Source: Anaeromyxobacteraceae bacterium
GTDB taxonomy: Bacteria > Myxococcota > Myxococcia > Myxococcales > Anaeromyxobacteraceae
Direction of reading: 5' to 3'
Length of the DNA: 64,000 nt
Assembly (NCBI GenBank): GCA_047602405.1
Contig: JASGHJ010000001.1
Coordinates: 1,824,001-1,888,000 of the forward strand
Below are positions 40,366 to 49,553 of the stretch, one piece after another; the stretch's first letter is position 1; each line of letters opens with the position of its first letter. The position numbers were made by a program, and so were the translations under genes. The notes under the pieces were generated by a model. That model saw only the letters and a program-made list of their open reading frames with translations, did not search any database and was not told the origin of the DNA.

Positions 40366-42819
40366 GTGGAGCGCTCCCTCCTGCGTCAGATCTGGCCGGT
40401 GTTCTCCGCCGAGGCGCGCGAGCACCTCGCCGCGATCGGCTCGGGCGTGGTCGACCTCGAGCGCGACCCCTCGCAGGAGGGCGTCCTCGAGCGCGTCCGC
40501 CGCATCGCGCACAGCCTGAAGGGCTCCGCCGGGAGCCTCGGCCTCGCCGACGTCGAGCGGCTCGCGCACGCGCTCGAGTCGTCGCTGGCGGGCTTCGACC
40601 CGGCCGCGGGCCTCCGCCGCGAGGTCGTGCAGGCGGCGCTCGACGCGGTGCAGGCCATCGAGGCGGCCGTCTCCGCCGGCGACGCGGGCGGCGACCCGCG
40701 CGTCGCCGACGTCGAGGCGCTCCTCGCAGGCCTCGGGGCCGCGCCGGCCGCGGCCCGGCTCGCGCCCGGGGCCGTGTCGCTCGACGGCCTCGAGGCCGCG
40801 CTCGCCTCCCTCTGCACGCCGCTCGAGCCGGCCGAGCGCGCCCGCGCCGCCGAGGAGGCCGCCGCCGCGGCCGACGCGCTGGCGGTGCGCCTGCCCGCCC
40901 ACGCGCCCGCGCTCACCGGGATCTCCGCGGCGTTCCGGCGGCTCTCGCTCGGCGGCGACGAGGCGGCCCGCGAGGCCGCCGCGGCGGCCGGCGCCCTCAT
41001 CGATCTCCGCGAGGCGCTCGAGGCCCGGGCGCCGCCGGCCTCCGCGGCGCCCGCCGCCGCCCCGCCCGCGCGCGAGGCCCCGGCCGCCGCCCCCGCCGGC
41101 GGCCCCGCCCCCGCCGATCGCTCCATCCGCGTGCTCGCCTCCGCGCTCGACTCGCTCTCGCGGCAGCTCGAGCTGCTCGCGCTCGCCGAGGGGCGCCACG
41201 CCCGTCGCGCCCGGGAGCTCGCCGCGCTGGAGGCGGCCCTCCGCGCCGCCACCGGCCGGGTCGAGCAGGCGGGCACCGCGCTCAAGGTGGCGGGGGTGGA
41301 CGTCGGACGGGCCGAGCTCGAGGACGGCGCCACGCGCCTGCGCGGGATCGCCGGCGACCTCGCCCGGCTCGCGCGCGACGGGCGCCGCGAGTCGGAGGGG
41401 CAGCGGCTCTCCGCGGCGGTGCTGCGCGAGGACCTGCGCGCGCTGCGCATGGTGCCGGCCGCGGTGCTGCTCGAGCCGGTGCGCCGCGTCGCCCGCGAGG
41501 TCGCGGGCCGGGTGGGCCACGAGGTGGAGGTCGAGCTCGCCGGCGAGGACGTGAAGCTCGATCGCCGGGTGGTGGACCTCCTGCGCGACCCGCTGCTGCA
41601 CCTGGTCCGGAACGCGGTCGACCACGGCGTCGAGGCCCCCGACGAGCGCGCCGCCGCCGGCAAGCCGCGCGCCGGCCGGCTCGCGGTGCGCGTCGAGCCC
41701 CGGGGCGGGCGCGTCGCGCTCGTCATCGAGGACGACGGGCGCGGCCTCGACCCCGAGGCCATCCGCGGGGCCGCGGTGCGCCGCGGGCTCGTGTCCCCCG
41801 AGGCCGCCGAGCGGCTCCCGGACGACGAGGCGGTGCGGCTCGTCTTCCGCGCGGGCGTCTCGACCGCCTCCGCGGTCACCGAGATCTCCGGGCGCGGGGT
41901 CGGCCTCGACGTCGTGCAGGAGGTGCTCACGCGCCTGCAGGGCACCATCGACGTCTCCTTCGAGCGCGGCCGGAGCTCGCGCTTCGAGCTCGAGGTCCCG
42001 GTCACGCTCGCCGCCACCGCCGCGCTCCTCTTCCGCGTCGGCCGCGACGTGGCCGCCCTGCCGGCCGAGACCGTGGAGCGCGTCGTGCTCCACGGGGACG
42101 CCGAGCTCGGCGCCGTGGCCGGCAAGGCGCTCCTCGCGGTCGGCGGCGACCAGCTCCCCTACGCCCACGCCCAGCGGCTCCTCGGCGGCGTGCCCCCGCC
42201 CGCGCACGGGAAGCGGCGGGTCGCCCTGGTCCTCCGCCACGCGGATCAGCGCGCCGCCGTGGGCGTCGACGAGATCCTCGGGCAGCAGGAGCTCGTGGTC
42301 TCGCCGCTGGGGTCCCGGGTCGCGTCGGTGTCCCACCTCGCCGGCGCCGCCATGCTCGACGACGGCCGCGTCGTGGGCATGCTCGCCGCCCCCGAGCTCC
42401 TCCGGCGGGCCCGCCCCGCCGGCGCCGAGCGCGGGCCGGTCGCGCGCCAGCGCGTGGTGGTGGCCGACGACGCGCTCACCACCCGTGCCGCCATGAAGGC
42501 GCTCCTCGAGATCGCGGGCTACGCGGTGCTGCCCGCGGCCGACGGCGAGGAGGCGCTCGCGCTCCTGCGCGAGAGCGGCGCGCCGCTCGTCGTCTCCGAC
42601 GTGCAGATGCCCCGCCTCGACGGCCTCGGCCTGTGCCGGGCCGTGAAGGGGGACGCCGCCCTCCGCGACGTGAAGGTGATCCTCGTGACCTCCCTCGACG
42701 CCCCCGAGGACCGCGCGGCGGGCCTCGAGGCGGGCGCCGACGGCTACGTCGTGAAGCGCGAGGTCGAGCGCGGCAAGCTGCTCGAGCTCGTCCGCCAGCT
42801 CCTCCCGGCGCGCGCATGA
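40366..42819 (+). CDS. cheA: Hybrid CheA histidine kinase with C-terminal receiver (FrzE/WspE-like)
   Basis: Hpt AHSLKG, HLVRNAVDHG, DDGRG, SGRGVGLDVV, CheW domain, receiver SDVQMP. Confidence 0.92.
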   Translation: MERSLLRQIWPVFSAEAREHLAAIGSGVVDLERDPSQEGVLERVRRIAHSLKGSAGSLGLADVERLAHALESSLAGFDPAAGLRREVVQAALDAVQAIEAAVSAGDAGGDPRVADVEALLAGLGAAPAAARLAPGAVSLDGLEAALASLCTPLEPAERARAAEEAAAAADALAVRLPAHAPALTGISAAFRRLSLGGDEAAREAAAAAGALIDLREALEARAPPASAAPAAAPPAREAPAAAPAGGPAPADRSIRVLASALDSLSRQLELLALAEGRHARRARELAALEAALRAATGRVEQAGTALKVAGVDVGRAELEDGATRLRGIAGDLARLARDGRRESEGQRLSAAVLREDLRALRMVPAAVLLEPVRRVAREVAGRVGHEVEVELAGEDVKLDRRVVDLLRDPLLHLVRNAVDHGVEAPDERAAAGKPRAGRLAVRVEPRGGRVALVIEDDGRGLDPEAIRGAAVRRGLVSPEAAERLPDDEAVRLVFRAGVSTASAVTEISGRGVGLDVVQEVLTRLQGTIDVSFERGRSSRFELEVPVTLAATAALLFRVGRDVAALPAETVERVVLHGDAELGAVAGKALLAVGGDQLPYAHAQRLLGGVPPPAHGKRRVALVLRHADQRAAVGVDEILGQQELVVSPLGSRVASVSHLAGAAMLDDGRVVGMLAAPELLRRARPAGAERGPVARQRVVVADDALTTRAAMKALLEIAGYAVLPAADGEEALALLRESGAPLVVSDVQMPRLDGLGLCRAVKGDAALRDVKVILVTSLDAPEDRAAGLEAGADGYVVKREVERGKLLELVRQLLPARA

Positions 42820-43844
42820 GCCCCATCCGCTGCCTCGTCGCCGACGACTCGCGCACCTTCCGCGCGGTGCTCCGGGCGGTGCTCGCGAGGGCCCAGGGGG
42901 TGGAGGTGGTGGGCGAGGCCGAGGACGGGCACCAGGCGGTCGCGGAGGTGCTGCGCCTGAGGCCGGACGTCGTGACGATGGACGTCCGCATGCCGGGCCA
43001 GGACGGCCTCGCCGCGATCGCCGAGATCATGGAGCGCGCGCCCACGCCGGTGATCGTGGTCTCGGCGGAGGTCGGCCGCGAGGCCCAGGGGCTCTCGTTC
43101 CAGGCGCTCGACCTCGGCGCGATCGAGGTGCTCGGGAAGCCGCGCGGCGACGGCGCCGCGTTCGAGCGCGACGCCGAGGCGATCCGCCGGGCGGTCCGGG
43201 CGGTGGCGGGCCTGAAGCTCGTCACCCGGCGGCGGCGCCCGGCCCCGCCGCGGCTGCCCCCCGGCGCGGTCAGCGCCGCGCCGGTCCCGGCCGCGATCGT
43301 CGGCGTGGTGGCCTCCACGGGCGGGCCGCCCGCCATCGCGGCGCTGCTCCGCGGCCTGCCGGCGGGCTTCGCGGCGCCGGTGCTCGTCGTGCAGCACATC
43401 GCGGCCGGCTTCGAGGCGGGGTTCGCGCACTGGCTCGCCGCCGAGGCGGGCCGGACCGTGCGCGTCGCGGCGGGCGGCGAGCCGCTCACGCCCGGCGCGA
43501 TCCTGGTGGCCCCCGACGGGCGGCACCTCGTCGCGCGCAGCGGCCTCGTGCACCTCACGGACGACCCGCCGGTGAAGGGCTTCCGGCCGGCCGGCAACGT
43601 GCTGCTCGAGGCGCTCGCCCGGGAGTACGGCGCCCGCGCGGCCGGCCTCGTGCTCACCGGCATGGGCGAGGACGGCGTGGAGGGCCTGCGGGCCCTGCGG
43701 GCCCGCGGCGCCCCGACCGCCGCCCAGGGGCCGGCGAGCTCCGTCGTCTTCGGCATGCCCAGGGTGGCGCTCGAGTCCGGCGCGGCCGCCGAGGCGGTCG
43801 AGGCGGACGACCTCGCCGCGTGGGTCACGCGCGTGGCGCGCTGA
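42816..43844 (+). CDS. cheB: Chemotaxis response regulator protein-glutamate methylesterase
   Basis: Receiver domain plus ASTGGP, VQHI, LTGMGEDG, SVVFGMP. Confidence 0.93.
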   Translation: MSPIRCLVADDSRTFRAVLRAVLARAQGVEVVGEAEDGHQAVAEVLRLRPDVVTMDVRMPGQDGLAAIAEIMERAPTPVIVVSAEVGREAQGLSFQALDLGAIEVLGKPRGDGAAFERDAEAIRRAVRAVAGLKLVTRRRRPAPPRLPPGAVSAAPVPAAIVGVVASTGGPPAIAALLRGLPAGFAAPVLVVQHIAAGFEAGFAHWLAAEAGRTVRVAAGGEPLTPGAILVAPDGRHLVARSGLVHLTDDPPVKGFRPAGNVLLEALAREYGARAAGLVLTGMGEDGVEGLRALRARGAPTAAQGPASSVVFGMPRVALESGAAAEAVEADDLAAWVTRVAR

Positions 43845-43872
43845 GCGGGCCGTCGCGGTACCATCCCGGGCG

Positions 43873-44682
43873 GTGTTCGATCCGCTCCTCCACGCCCGGG
43901 CGCTCACGCCCCGCGACCTCGCCGACCTCGCCTTCTTCGGCGTGACCGGCGCGCTCGTGCCGTCCGACGACTCGGTGGCCGCGGCGACCGGCGCGCGCGT
44001 CCGCGCCGGCTGGGCCGACACCGTCTCCGCCGCGCGCCGGCTGCGCCGGGCGGGCCTCGCCGCGTGGGCCGCGGTCGGGGTGCACCCGGCGCGGATCCCG
44101 CTGCGCGGGCTCGAGGCGCTCCTCGCCGACCTGCCGGGCGAGCTCTCCCGGCCCGAGGTCGCGGCGGTCGGCGCCGTGGGCCTCGGCGGGGGCGGCGAGC
44201 TCGAGGAGCGGGTCCTCGTGCGGCAGCTCGAGCTCGCCCGCGAGCTCCGCAGGCCGGTGCTCGTGGCCGTGCCCTGGCGCGGGCGCGAGCGCGCCGTGAG
44301 GCGCACGCTCGTCCTCCTCCGGGAGGCGGAGCTCGAGCCCGGGCGCGCGCTCGTCCTCGGCGCCGGGCCGGGCACGGTGCGGGCCATCCGGGCCATGGGC
44401 CAGCTCGCGGGCGTGTCGCTCTCGTCCGGCGACCGCGGCGATCCGGTCGAGGCCGCGGTGCGCCTCGTGAAGGAGCACGGCCCGGAGGGCATCGCGCTCG
44501 GCTCCGACGCGGGCCAGGCCGGCGGCGACCTCCTCGCGCTCCCGCGCGCCGCCGACCGTCTCGCGCGCGCCGGCCTCTCCGACGCGGTCATCCGGCGGGT
44601 GTGCGGCGCGAACGCCCTCGCGTTCCTCGGGGTGGACGCGAAGGCGGTCCGCGGGGGTCCTCGCCGCGCGCGGCGCGGGTAG
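43873..44682 (+). CDS. TatD-like amidohydrolase-fold protein, degenerate metal site
   Basis: AVGVHPARIP, AVGAVGL, QLELARELRRPV, GSDAG, DLLALPR, NALAFLG. Confidence 0.65.
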   Translation: MFDPLLHARALTPRDLADLAFFGVTGALVPSDDSVAAATGARVRAGWADTVSAARRLRRAGLAAWAAVGVHPARIPLRGLEALLADLPGELSRPEVAAVGAVGLGGGGELEERVLVRQLELARELRRPVLVAVPWRGRERAVRRTLVLLREAELEPGRALVLGAGPGTVRAIRAMGQLAGVSLSSGDRGDPVEAAVRLVKEHGPEGIALGSDAGQAGGDLLALPRAADRLARAGLSDAVIRRVCGANALAFLGVDAKAVRGGPRRARRG

Positions 44683-44687
44683 GGCGC

Positions 44688-45069
44688 TCACCCCTGGGCG
44701 CGGGCCGCCTTCACCTCGCGCAGCCTCGCGTGGGTCTCGAGGTCCTCGAGCTTGCCCTCGAGCGCGTCGCCCGTCGCCCGGAACGACCACAGGACGTGCA
44801 CGCGCGCGTTCCTGAACTCGGCGGCCCACCACCCCTCCGCCGCGCGCGCGAGCTCGAGGTCGAACATGGGCACCTCCTCGCCCTCGAGGATTCTTGAAGG
44901 CGTCCACGCGGACCGTCCCCCCGGGGAGCAGGGTGCAGCGGTACACCACGACCTCGTCCTTGCAGGCGGGGCCCGCGGCGGGCCGCAGGCAGGTCGAGGT
45001 GCCCCTCCAGGTCCCGGCGAGGTCGGGCGGCGTGGCCAGCAGGGTCATGGCGGCAACGAGCGCGAGCAT
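44688..45069 (-). pseudogene. Small secreted hypothetical protein with +1 frameshift at ~44892 (possibly sequencing error)
   Basis: Signal peptide, GTWRGTSTC...ACKDEVVVY...DAFK continues as ILEGEEVPMFDL... after removing one base. Confidence 0.55.
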
Positions 45070-45100
45070 CGCGAGGCCCTCCGGTGGAGAATGAGCGGCC

Positions 45101-46279
45101 GTGCTCGAGAAGGTGACGAGGGTCTTCCGGGGCCTGCCCGGCCTCTACTGGGTGCTCTTCGGCGGCGTCGCGCTGATGGCGCTCGCGACCTTCGTGTTCC
45201 CGTTCCTCGCGCTCTTCCTGACCGCGCGCGGCTACTCGGTCGAGGAGGCGGGGCTCCTCGTCTCGCTCTTCGGCGCGGGGTCCATCCCGGCGGGCCCCAT
45301 CGCGGGGACGCTCGCCGATCGGCTCGGCCGCCGGCCCACGCTCGTCGGCGCGCTCGTCGCGGGCGCGGCGTGCACGGCCGCGCTGCCGTTCCTCGAGCAC
45401 CCGGCGGTCGTCGCCGCCGGCGTGCTCGTGCTCGGCGTCGCCATCCACGCCTACTTCCCGGCCGCGAACGCGATCGTCGCGGACGTGGTCCCGCGCGAAC
45501 GGCTCGGCGACGCGTACGGTCTCATGTACTGGGAGCGCAACGCCGGGATCGCGATCTCCTTCGCGCTCGGCGGCGCGCTCGCCGCGCGGGGCTACGGGCT
45601 GCTCTTCCTCGCGGACGCCGCCACGACCTTCCTCTTCGCGCTCGTGGCGTGGCGCTTCGTGCCGGAGACGCGGCCGGCCGGGGCGGCGGCGGCCGGCGGG
45701 GGCGCGCCCCGCGGCTACGGGGTCGTGCTCCGCGACCGGCGCTTCGTCGCGCTGATGGCCCTCGCGCTCCTCTGGATGGTCGGGCTCTTCCAGTTCATGG
45801 TCGCGCTGCCGGTGCACATGAGGGCGATCGGCCTCGACGAGGCCCGCTACGGCGCGGTGATGGCCGTGAACGGCGCGATCATCCTGCTCCTCTCGCCGTG
45901 GGCGGGCCGGCTCGGGGAGGCGTTCGACCCGGCGAAGGTGCTCGCGGCGGGCGCGCTCCTCACCGGCACCGGCTACGGCGCGTACGCCGTCTGCACGACG
46001 CCGCTCCAGTACGCCGCGGCGACCGCCGTCTGGAGCCTCGGCGAGGTGACGACCATCCCGACCCTCCCGGCGCTCGTGGCGCAGCTCGCCCCGCCGGACC
46101 TGCGCGGGCGCTACCAGGGCGCGCTCGGCACGACCTTCGGGACGGCGCTCGCGGTCGCGCCGGCACTCTCGGGCGTCGTGCTCGGCCGGCTCGGGGCCCA
46201 CGCGGTCTGGACCGGGACCGCCGCGCTCTGCCTCGTGGTCGCCGCGGGCCACCTCGCGGCGGGGCGCGCGCGGCCCTGA
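45101..46279 (+). CDS. MFS transporter
   Basis: Motif A GTLADRLGRRPTL, multiple TMs, APPDLRGRYQG. Confidence 0.9.
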   Translation: MLEKVTRVFRGLPGLYWVLFGGVALMALATFVFPFLALFLTARGYSVEEAGLLVSLFGAGSIPAGPIAGTLADRLGRRPTLVGALVAGAACTAALPFLEHPAVVAAGVLVLGVAIHAYFPAANAIVADVVPRERLGDAYGLMYWERNAGIAISFALGGALAARGYGLLFLADAATTFLFALVAWRFVPETRPAGAAAAGGGAPRGYGVVLRDRRFVALMALALLWMVGLFQFMVALPVHMRAIGLDEARYGAVMAVNGAIILLLSPWAGRLGEAFDPAKVLAAGALLTGTGYGAYAVCTTPLQYAAATAVWSLGEVTTIPTLPALVAQLAPPDLRGRYQGALGTTFGTALAVAPALSGVVLGRLGAHAVWTGTAALCLVVAAGHLAAGRARP

Positions 46280-46321
46280 GCCCCTTGCCAGGGCCGTGCG
46301 GGTTCGGCTTCAATCGCCCGC

Positions 46322-46543
46322 ATGACCCGACTCCTCGGCCTCGCGGGGCTCCTCCTCGGGCTCTCCGCCTGCGGCGTCTGCGAACCGAACGTGCAACGCT
46401 GCACGGACAACCGGATCGAGGTCTGCGAAGACGGCACGCGCTGGCGGACGGCGGACGACTGCAGCGCCGGCGCGAAGACCTGCACCGTCGGGGACGCGTG
46501 CCCGTTCGACCTGAAGGGGGTCGACCCGGTCTGCTGCCTCTGA
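46322..46543 (+). CDS. Small cysteine-rich lipoprotein
   Basis: Lipobox LSAC plus 8 further Cys in 56 residues. Confidence 0.65.
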   Translation: MTRLLGLAGLLLGLSACGVCEPNVQRCTDNRIEVCEDGTRWRTADDCSAGAKTCTVGDACPFDLKGVDPVCCL

Positions 46544-46553
46544 CGCCCGGAGG

Positions 46554-47048
46554 TCAGCGCTTCCGCTTCGCCGCCGCGGCGCGCGCCTTCCTCGGCTGCG
46601 CCGCGGGCGGCGCGCCCTCGCGCAGCCACAGCCCGGTCCGGCCGCCGTCCTTCCGCGAGAGCTCGACGCGCTCGATCACCATGCCGTGCTCGTAGCGCTT
46701 CAGCATGTCGTAGATGGTGAGGAGCGCCGCCATCACCGCGGCGAGCGCCTCCATCTCGACGCCTGTGCGGTCGACCGTCTTCACGGTCGCGACCACCTCG
46801 ACCCCGTCCGGGCCGGGCGTCGCCTCGACCTCGATGTTCGAGAGCGCGATGGGGTGGCAGAGCGGGACGATGTCCGGCGTGTGCTTCGCCGCGAGCACGC
46901 CGGCGAGCCGGCAGGCGGCGAGCACGTCGCCCTTCTCGACGTCGCCGCGCACGATGCGCGCGACCGTCTCCGGCTGCATCACGATGCGGCCCCGGGCGAT
47001 GGCCACCCGCTCGGTCTTCGGCTTCGCGCCGACGTCGATCATCTTCAC
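46554..47048 (-). CDS. moaC: Cyclic pyranopterin monophosphate synthase
   Basis: MIDVGAK...RVAIA, KGDVL, VPLCHPI, TGVEMEAL, TIYDMLK, KDGGRTG. Confidence 0.95.
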   Translation of the reverse strand: MKMIDVGAKPKTERVAIARGRIVMQPETVARIVRGDVEKGDVLAACRLAGVLAAKHTPDIVPLCHPIALSNIEVEATPGPDGVEVVATVKTVDRTGVEMEALAAVMAALLTIYDMLKRYEHGMVIERVELSRKDGGRTGLWLREGAPPAAQPRKARAAAAKRKR

Positions 47049-47074
47049 GGCGGATCCCCTCCCAGGGCGCGGCG

Positions 47075-48019
47075 TCAGTCCCACTTCTCGGTCGCGTGCT
47101 CGCCGAGCCACCGCTCGGCGTCGATCGCGGCCATGCAGCCCGAGCCCGCGGCGCTGACCGCCTGGCGGTAGGTCGGGTCGGACACGTCGCCCGCGGCGAA
47201 GACGCCCGGGACGCTCGTGTAGGTCGAGGGCGCCTTCACCTTCAGGTACCCGACCTCGTTCATGTCGAGCTGGCCCTTGAAGAGCTTCGTGTTCGGCTCG
47301 TGGCCGATGCCCATGAAGACGCCCTTCACGCGGAGCTCGCGGGTGGCGCCGGACTTCACGTTCTTCAGGCGCACGCCGGTGACCGCCCGGCCGTCGCCGA
47401 GGATCTCGTCGATGGTCTCGCCGAGGGCGAAGCCGATCTTCGGGTTCGCCTTCGCGCGGTCGGCCATGATCTTCGAGGCGCGCAGCTCCTCGCGGCGGTG
47501 CACGATGGTGACCTTGGTCGCGAACTTCGTGAGGAAGCTCGCCTCCTCCATGGCCGTGTCGCCGCCGCCCACCACGACGATCTCGGTGTTCTTGAAGAAG
47601 AAGCCGTCGCAGGTCGCGCAGGCCGAGACGCCCTTGCCCTGGTAGGTCTTCTCGGAGGGGAGATCGAGCCACTTCGCCGAGGCGCCGGTGGCCACGATCA
47701 CGGCGTCGGCCGTGTAGAGCTGGTCGTCCTGCCAGAGGGAGAACGGCCGCCTCGAGAAGTCGACCCGGGTGACCTCGCCCGAGACGAAGCGGGTGCCGAA
47801 GCGCTCCGCCTGCTTGCGCATCCGCTCCATGAGCTCGGGGCCCATGATCGCCTCTTCGAAGCCGGGGTAGTTCTCGACCTCGCTCGTGATCGTGAGCTGG
47901 CCGCCGGGCTGCAGGCCGTCGAAGACGAGCGGCTTCAGGTTCGCGCGGGCGGCGTAGAGGGCGGCGGTGTAGCCGGCGGGGCCGGTGCCGATGATGACGA
48001 GGCGTTCGTGCTGGGCCAT
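47075..48019 (-). CDS. trxB: Thioredoxin-disulfide reductase
   Basis: IIGTGPAGYTAA, VENYPGF, SACATCDG, VGGGDTAMEEA, YRQAVSAAG. Confidence 0.97.
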   Translation of the reverse strand: MAQHERLVIIGTGPAGYTAALYAARANLKPLVFDGLQPGGQLTITSEVENYPGFEEAIMGPELMERMRKQAERFGTRFVSGEVTRVDFSRRPFSLWQDDQLYTADAVIVATGASAKWLDLPSEKTYQGKGVSACATCDGFFFKNTEIVVVGGGDTAMEEASFLTKFATKVTIVHRREELRASKIMADRAKANPKIGFALGETIDEILGDGRAVTGVRLKNVKSGATRELRVKGVFMGIGHEPNTKLFKGQLDMNEVGYLKVKAPSTYTSVPGVFAAGDVSDPTYRQAVSAAGSGCMAAIDAERWLGEHATEKWD

Positions 48020-48127
48020 GGGGGCGTTCTCCGGGGCGGTTCTTTTATCGCCTGAGAGCCGGGTCTGTCACGGGAAGGTTCCGGGGGCGGCGGGGCGGGG
48101 GTCGGGGCGTGCTAAGCTCCCGGACGC

Positions 48128-48592
48128 ATGGACCCTTCGGCGCTCCGCGCGTGCACGCTCTTCAAGGCCCTCCCCGCCGACCGGCTCGCGAAGATCGCCG
48201 CGGTGGCCACCCACCGCGATCACCGCGCGGGCGAGGTGATCTTCAAGGAGGGCGACGGCGGCGACGAGATGTTCGTGGTCGTCGCGGGCAAGGTGCGCAT
48301 CTCGAAGCAGGTGCCGGGCGTCGGCGAGGAGGCGCTCGCCGTCCTCGAGCCGGGCGCGCATTTCGGCGAGATGGCCATGGTCGACGACGCCCCCCGCGCC
48401 GCCGACGCGAGGGCCCACACCACCTGCGCGCTCGCGGTCATCAAGCGCGAGGACCTCGACCGGGTGATGTTCCTCGACAAGGAGCTCGCCTACGACCTGC
48501 TCTGGACCTTCGTCCGCACCCTCACCGCGCGCCTGCGCGAGACGAACGACAAGATCCAGTCGTTCTTCGCGATGACGGGCGGGTTCAAGTAG
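48128..48592 (+). CDS. Stand-alone cyclic nucleotide-binding domain protein
   Basis: IFKEGDGGDEMFVV, FGEMAMVDDAPRAADA. Confidence 0.88.
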   Translation: MDPSALRACTLFKALPADRLAKIAAVATHRDHRAGEVIFKEGDGGDEMFVVVAGKVRISKQVPGVGEEALAVLEPGAHFGEMAMVDDAPRAADARAHTTCALAVIKREDLDRVMFLDKELAYDLLWTFVRTLTARLRETNDKIQSFFAMTGGFK

Positions 48593-48611
48593 GGCGGCGG
48601 CGTCCGGGGCC

Positions 48612-48980
48612 TTACCGGCGCCGGGAGACCCACCGCGCCGACGTTGCGGCGGTTCGCCTGGCCGGCCCCCGCGATCGCGCGGAGCGTCGCCTCGTCTTCA
48701 CGAGCCGCACCTCGGCCCCGAGCGCGCGGGCGAGCGCGGCCACCGTCCCGACCGTCGGGTTGGCGTGCGCCGCCTCGATCCGGCTGATCTCGCTCTGCTG
48801 CACGCCGGCCAGTTGCGAGAGCTGGCGCTGGGTGAGGCCGCGGGCCTTGCGAAGCGAGAGCAGCTCGCCGGCGAGACGGAAGTGGGCGTCGAACGCGGCG
48901 AGCTCCTCGACCGCCTTCGGACCCTCGCGGCGCGCCTCCGCCTCCAGCTCGCGCATGAAATCCTGGAACTTGCGGGTCAT
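48612..48980 (-). CDS. XRE-family HTH antitoxin (HigA-like)
   Basis: LRKARGLTQRQLSQLAGVQQSEISRIE...NPTVGT; downstream of RelE-type toxin. Confidence 0.82.
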   Translation of the reverse strand: MTRKFQDFMRELEAEARREGPKAVEELAAFDAHFRLAGELLSLRKARGLTQRQLSQLAGVQQSEISRIEAAHANPTVGTVAALARALGAEVRLVKTRRRSARSRGPARRTAATSARWVSRRR

Positions 48981-49040
48981 CGAGGCGCTCCGGGTGCCGG
49001 AGGAGGCACCCGGCAGATATGGGCTTTACCCCATCAGATG

Positions 49041-49466
49041 TCAACCGGCCCCGCCCCGATGCCGCTTCTGCCAGTCCTTCAGCCGGCTTCGCGCCACGGC
49101 GATCTCCTGGCTCTGTCGCTTCGCCGAAGAGGCCTCGCCCTTGTCGTACCCTGCGAGGAGCAGGATGAGCTTGTCGCCGTGCGCGTGGCAGAAGACCCGG
49201 AGGAGCATCTTCGCCTCGCCGGGATCGCGTGCGCCCGTCACGACCTCCGCGAGGTCCGAACCTCGAAGCCTGAACTCGAAGAGTCCCTGCCCGAGCTGTC
49301 GTCCGAACTTCGTGTTGCAGACGCCGACGCCGAGCTCCTGGAGCACGCGGTTCATGGCGGTGCCCAGCGCGCGGCGCTTCCGAGGCGAGAGCTCCTCGCG
49401 CAGCCACCGAAGAACGGGCGCGTCGCCGTGCGCGTCCTCGTAGAACTCGATCTCGTAGGCCGCCAC
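49041..49466 (-). CDS. RelE/ParE-superfamily toxin (Gp49/HigB-like)
   Basis: YEIEFYED..G..PV..WL, LGQGLFEFRL, LRVFCH, ILLLAGYDKG, QEIAVARSRL; start could be 49487. Confidence 0.8.
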   Translation of the reverse strand: MAAYEIEFYEDAHGDAPVLRWLREELSPRKRRALGTAMNRVLQELGVGVCNTKFGRQLGQGLFEFRLRGSDLAEVVTGARDPGEAKMLLRVFCHAHGDKLILLLAGYDKGEASSAKRQSQEIAVARSRLKDWQKRHRGGAG

Positions 49467-49553
49467 GAACGTCAGCAGACCACGCACCGCTGACGGTCTC
49501 GGCCGTGACCCGGCAAGCCAGATACCGGCCAGAGGTGCATGGAGAATGCGAAG

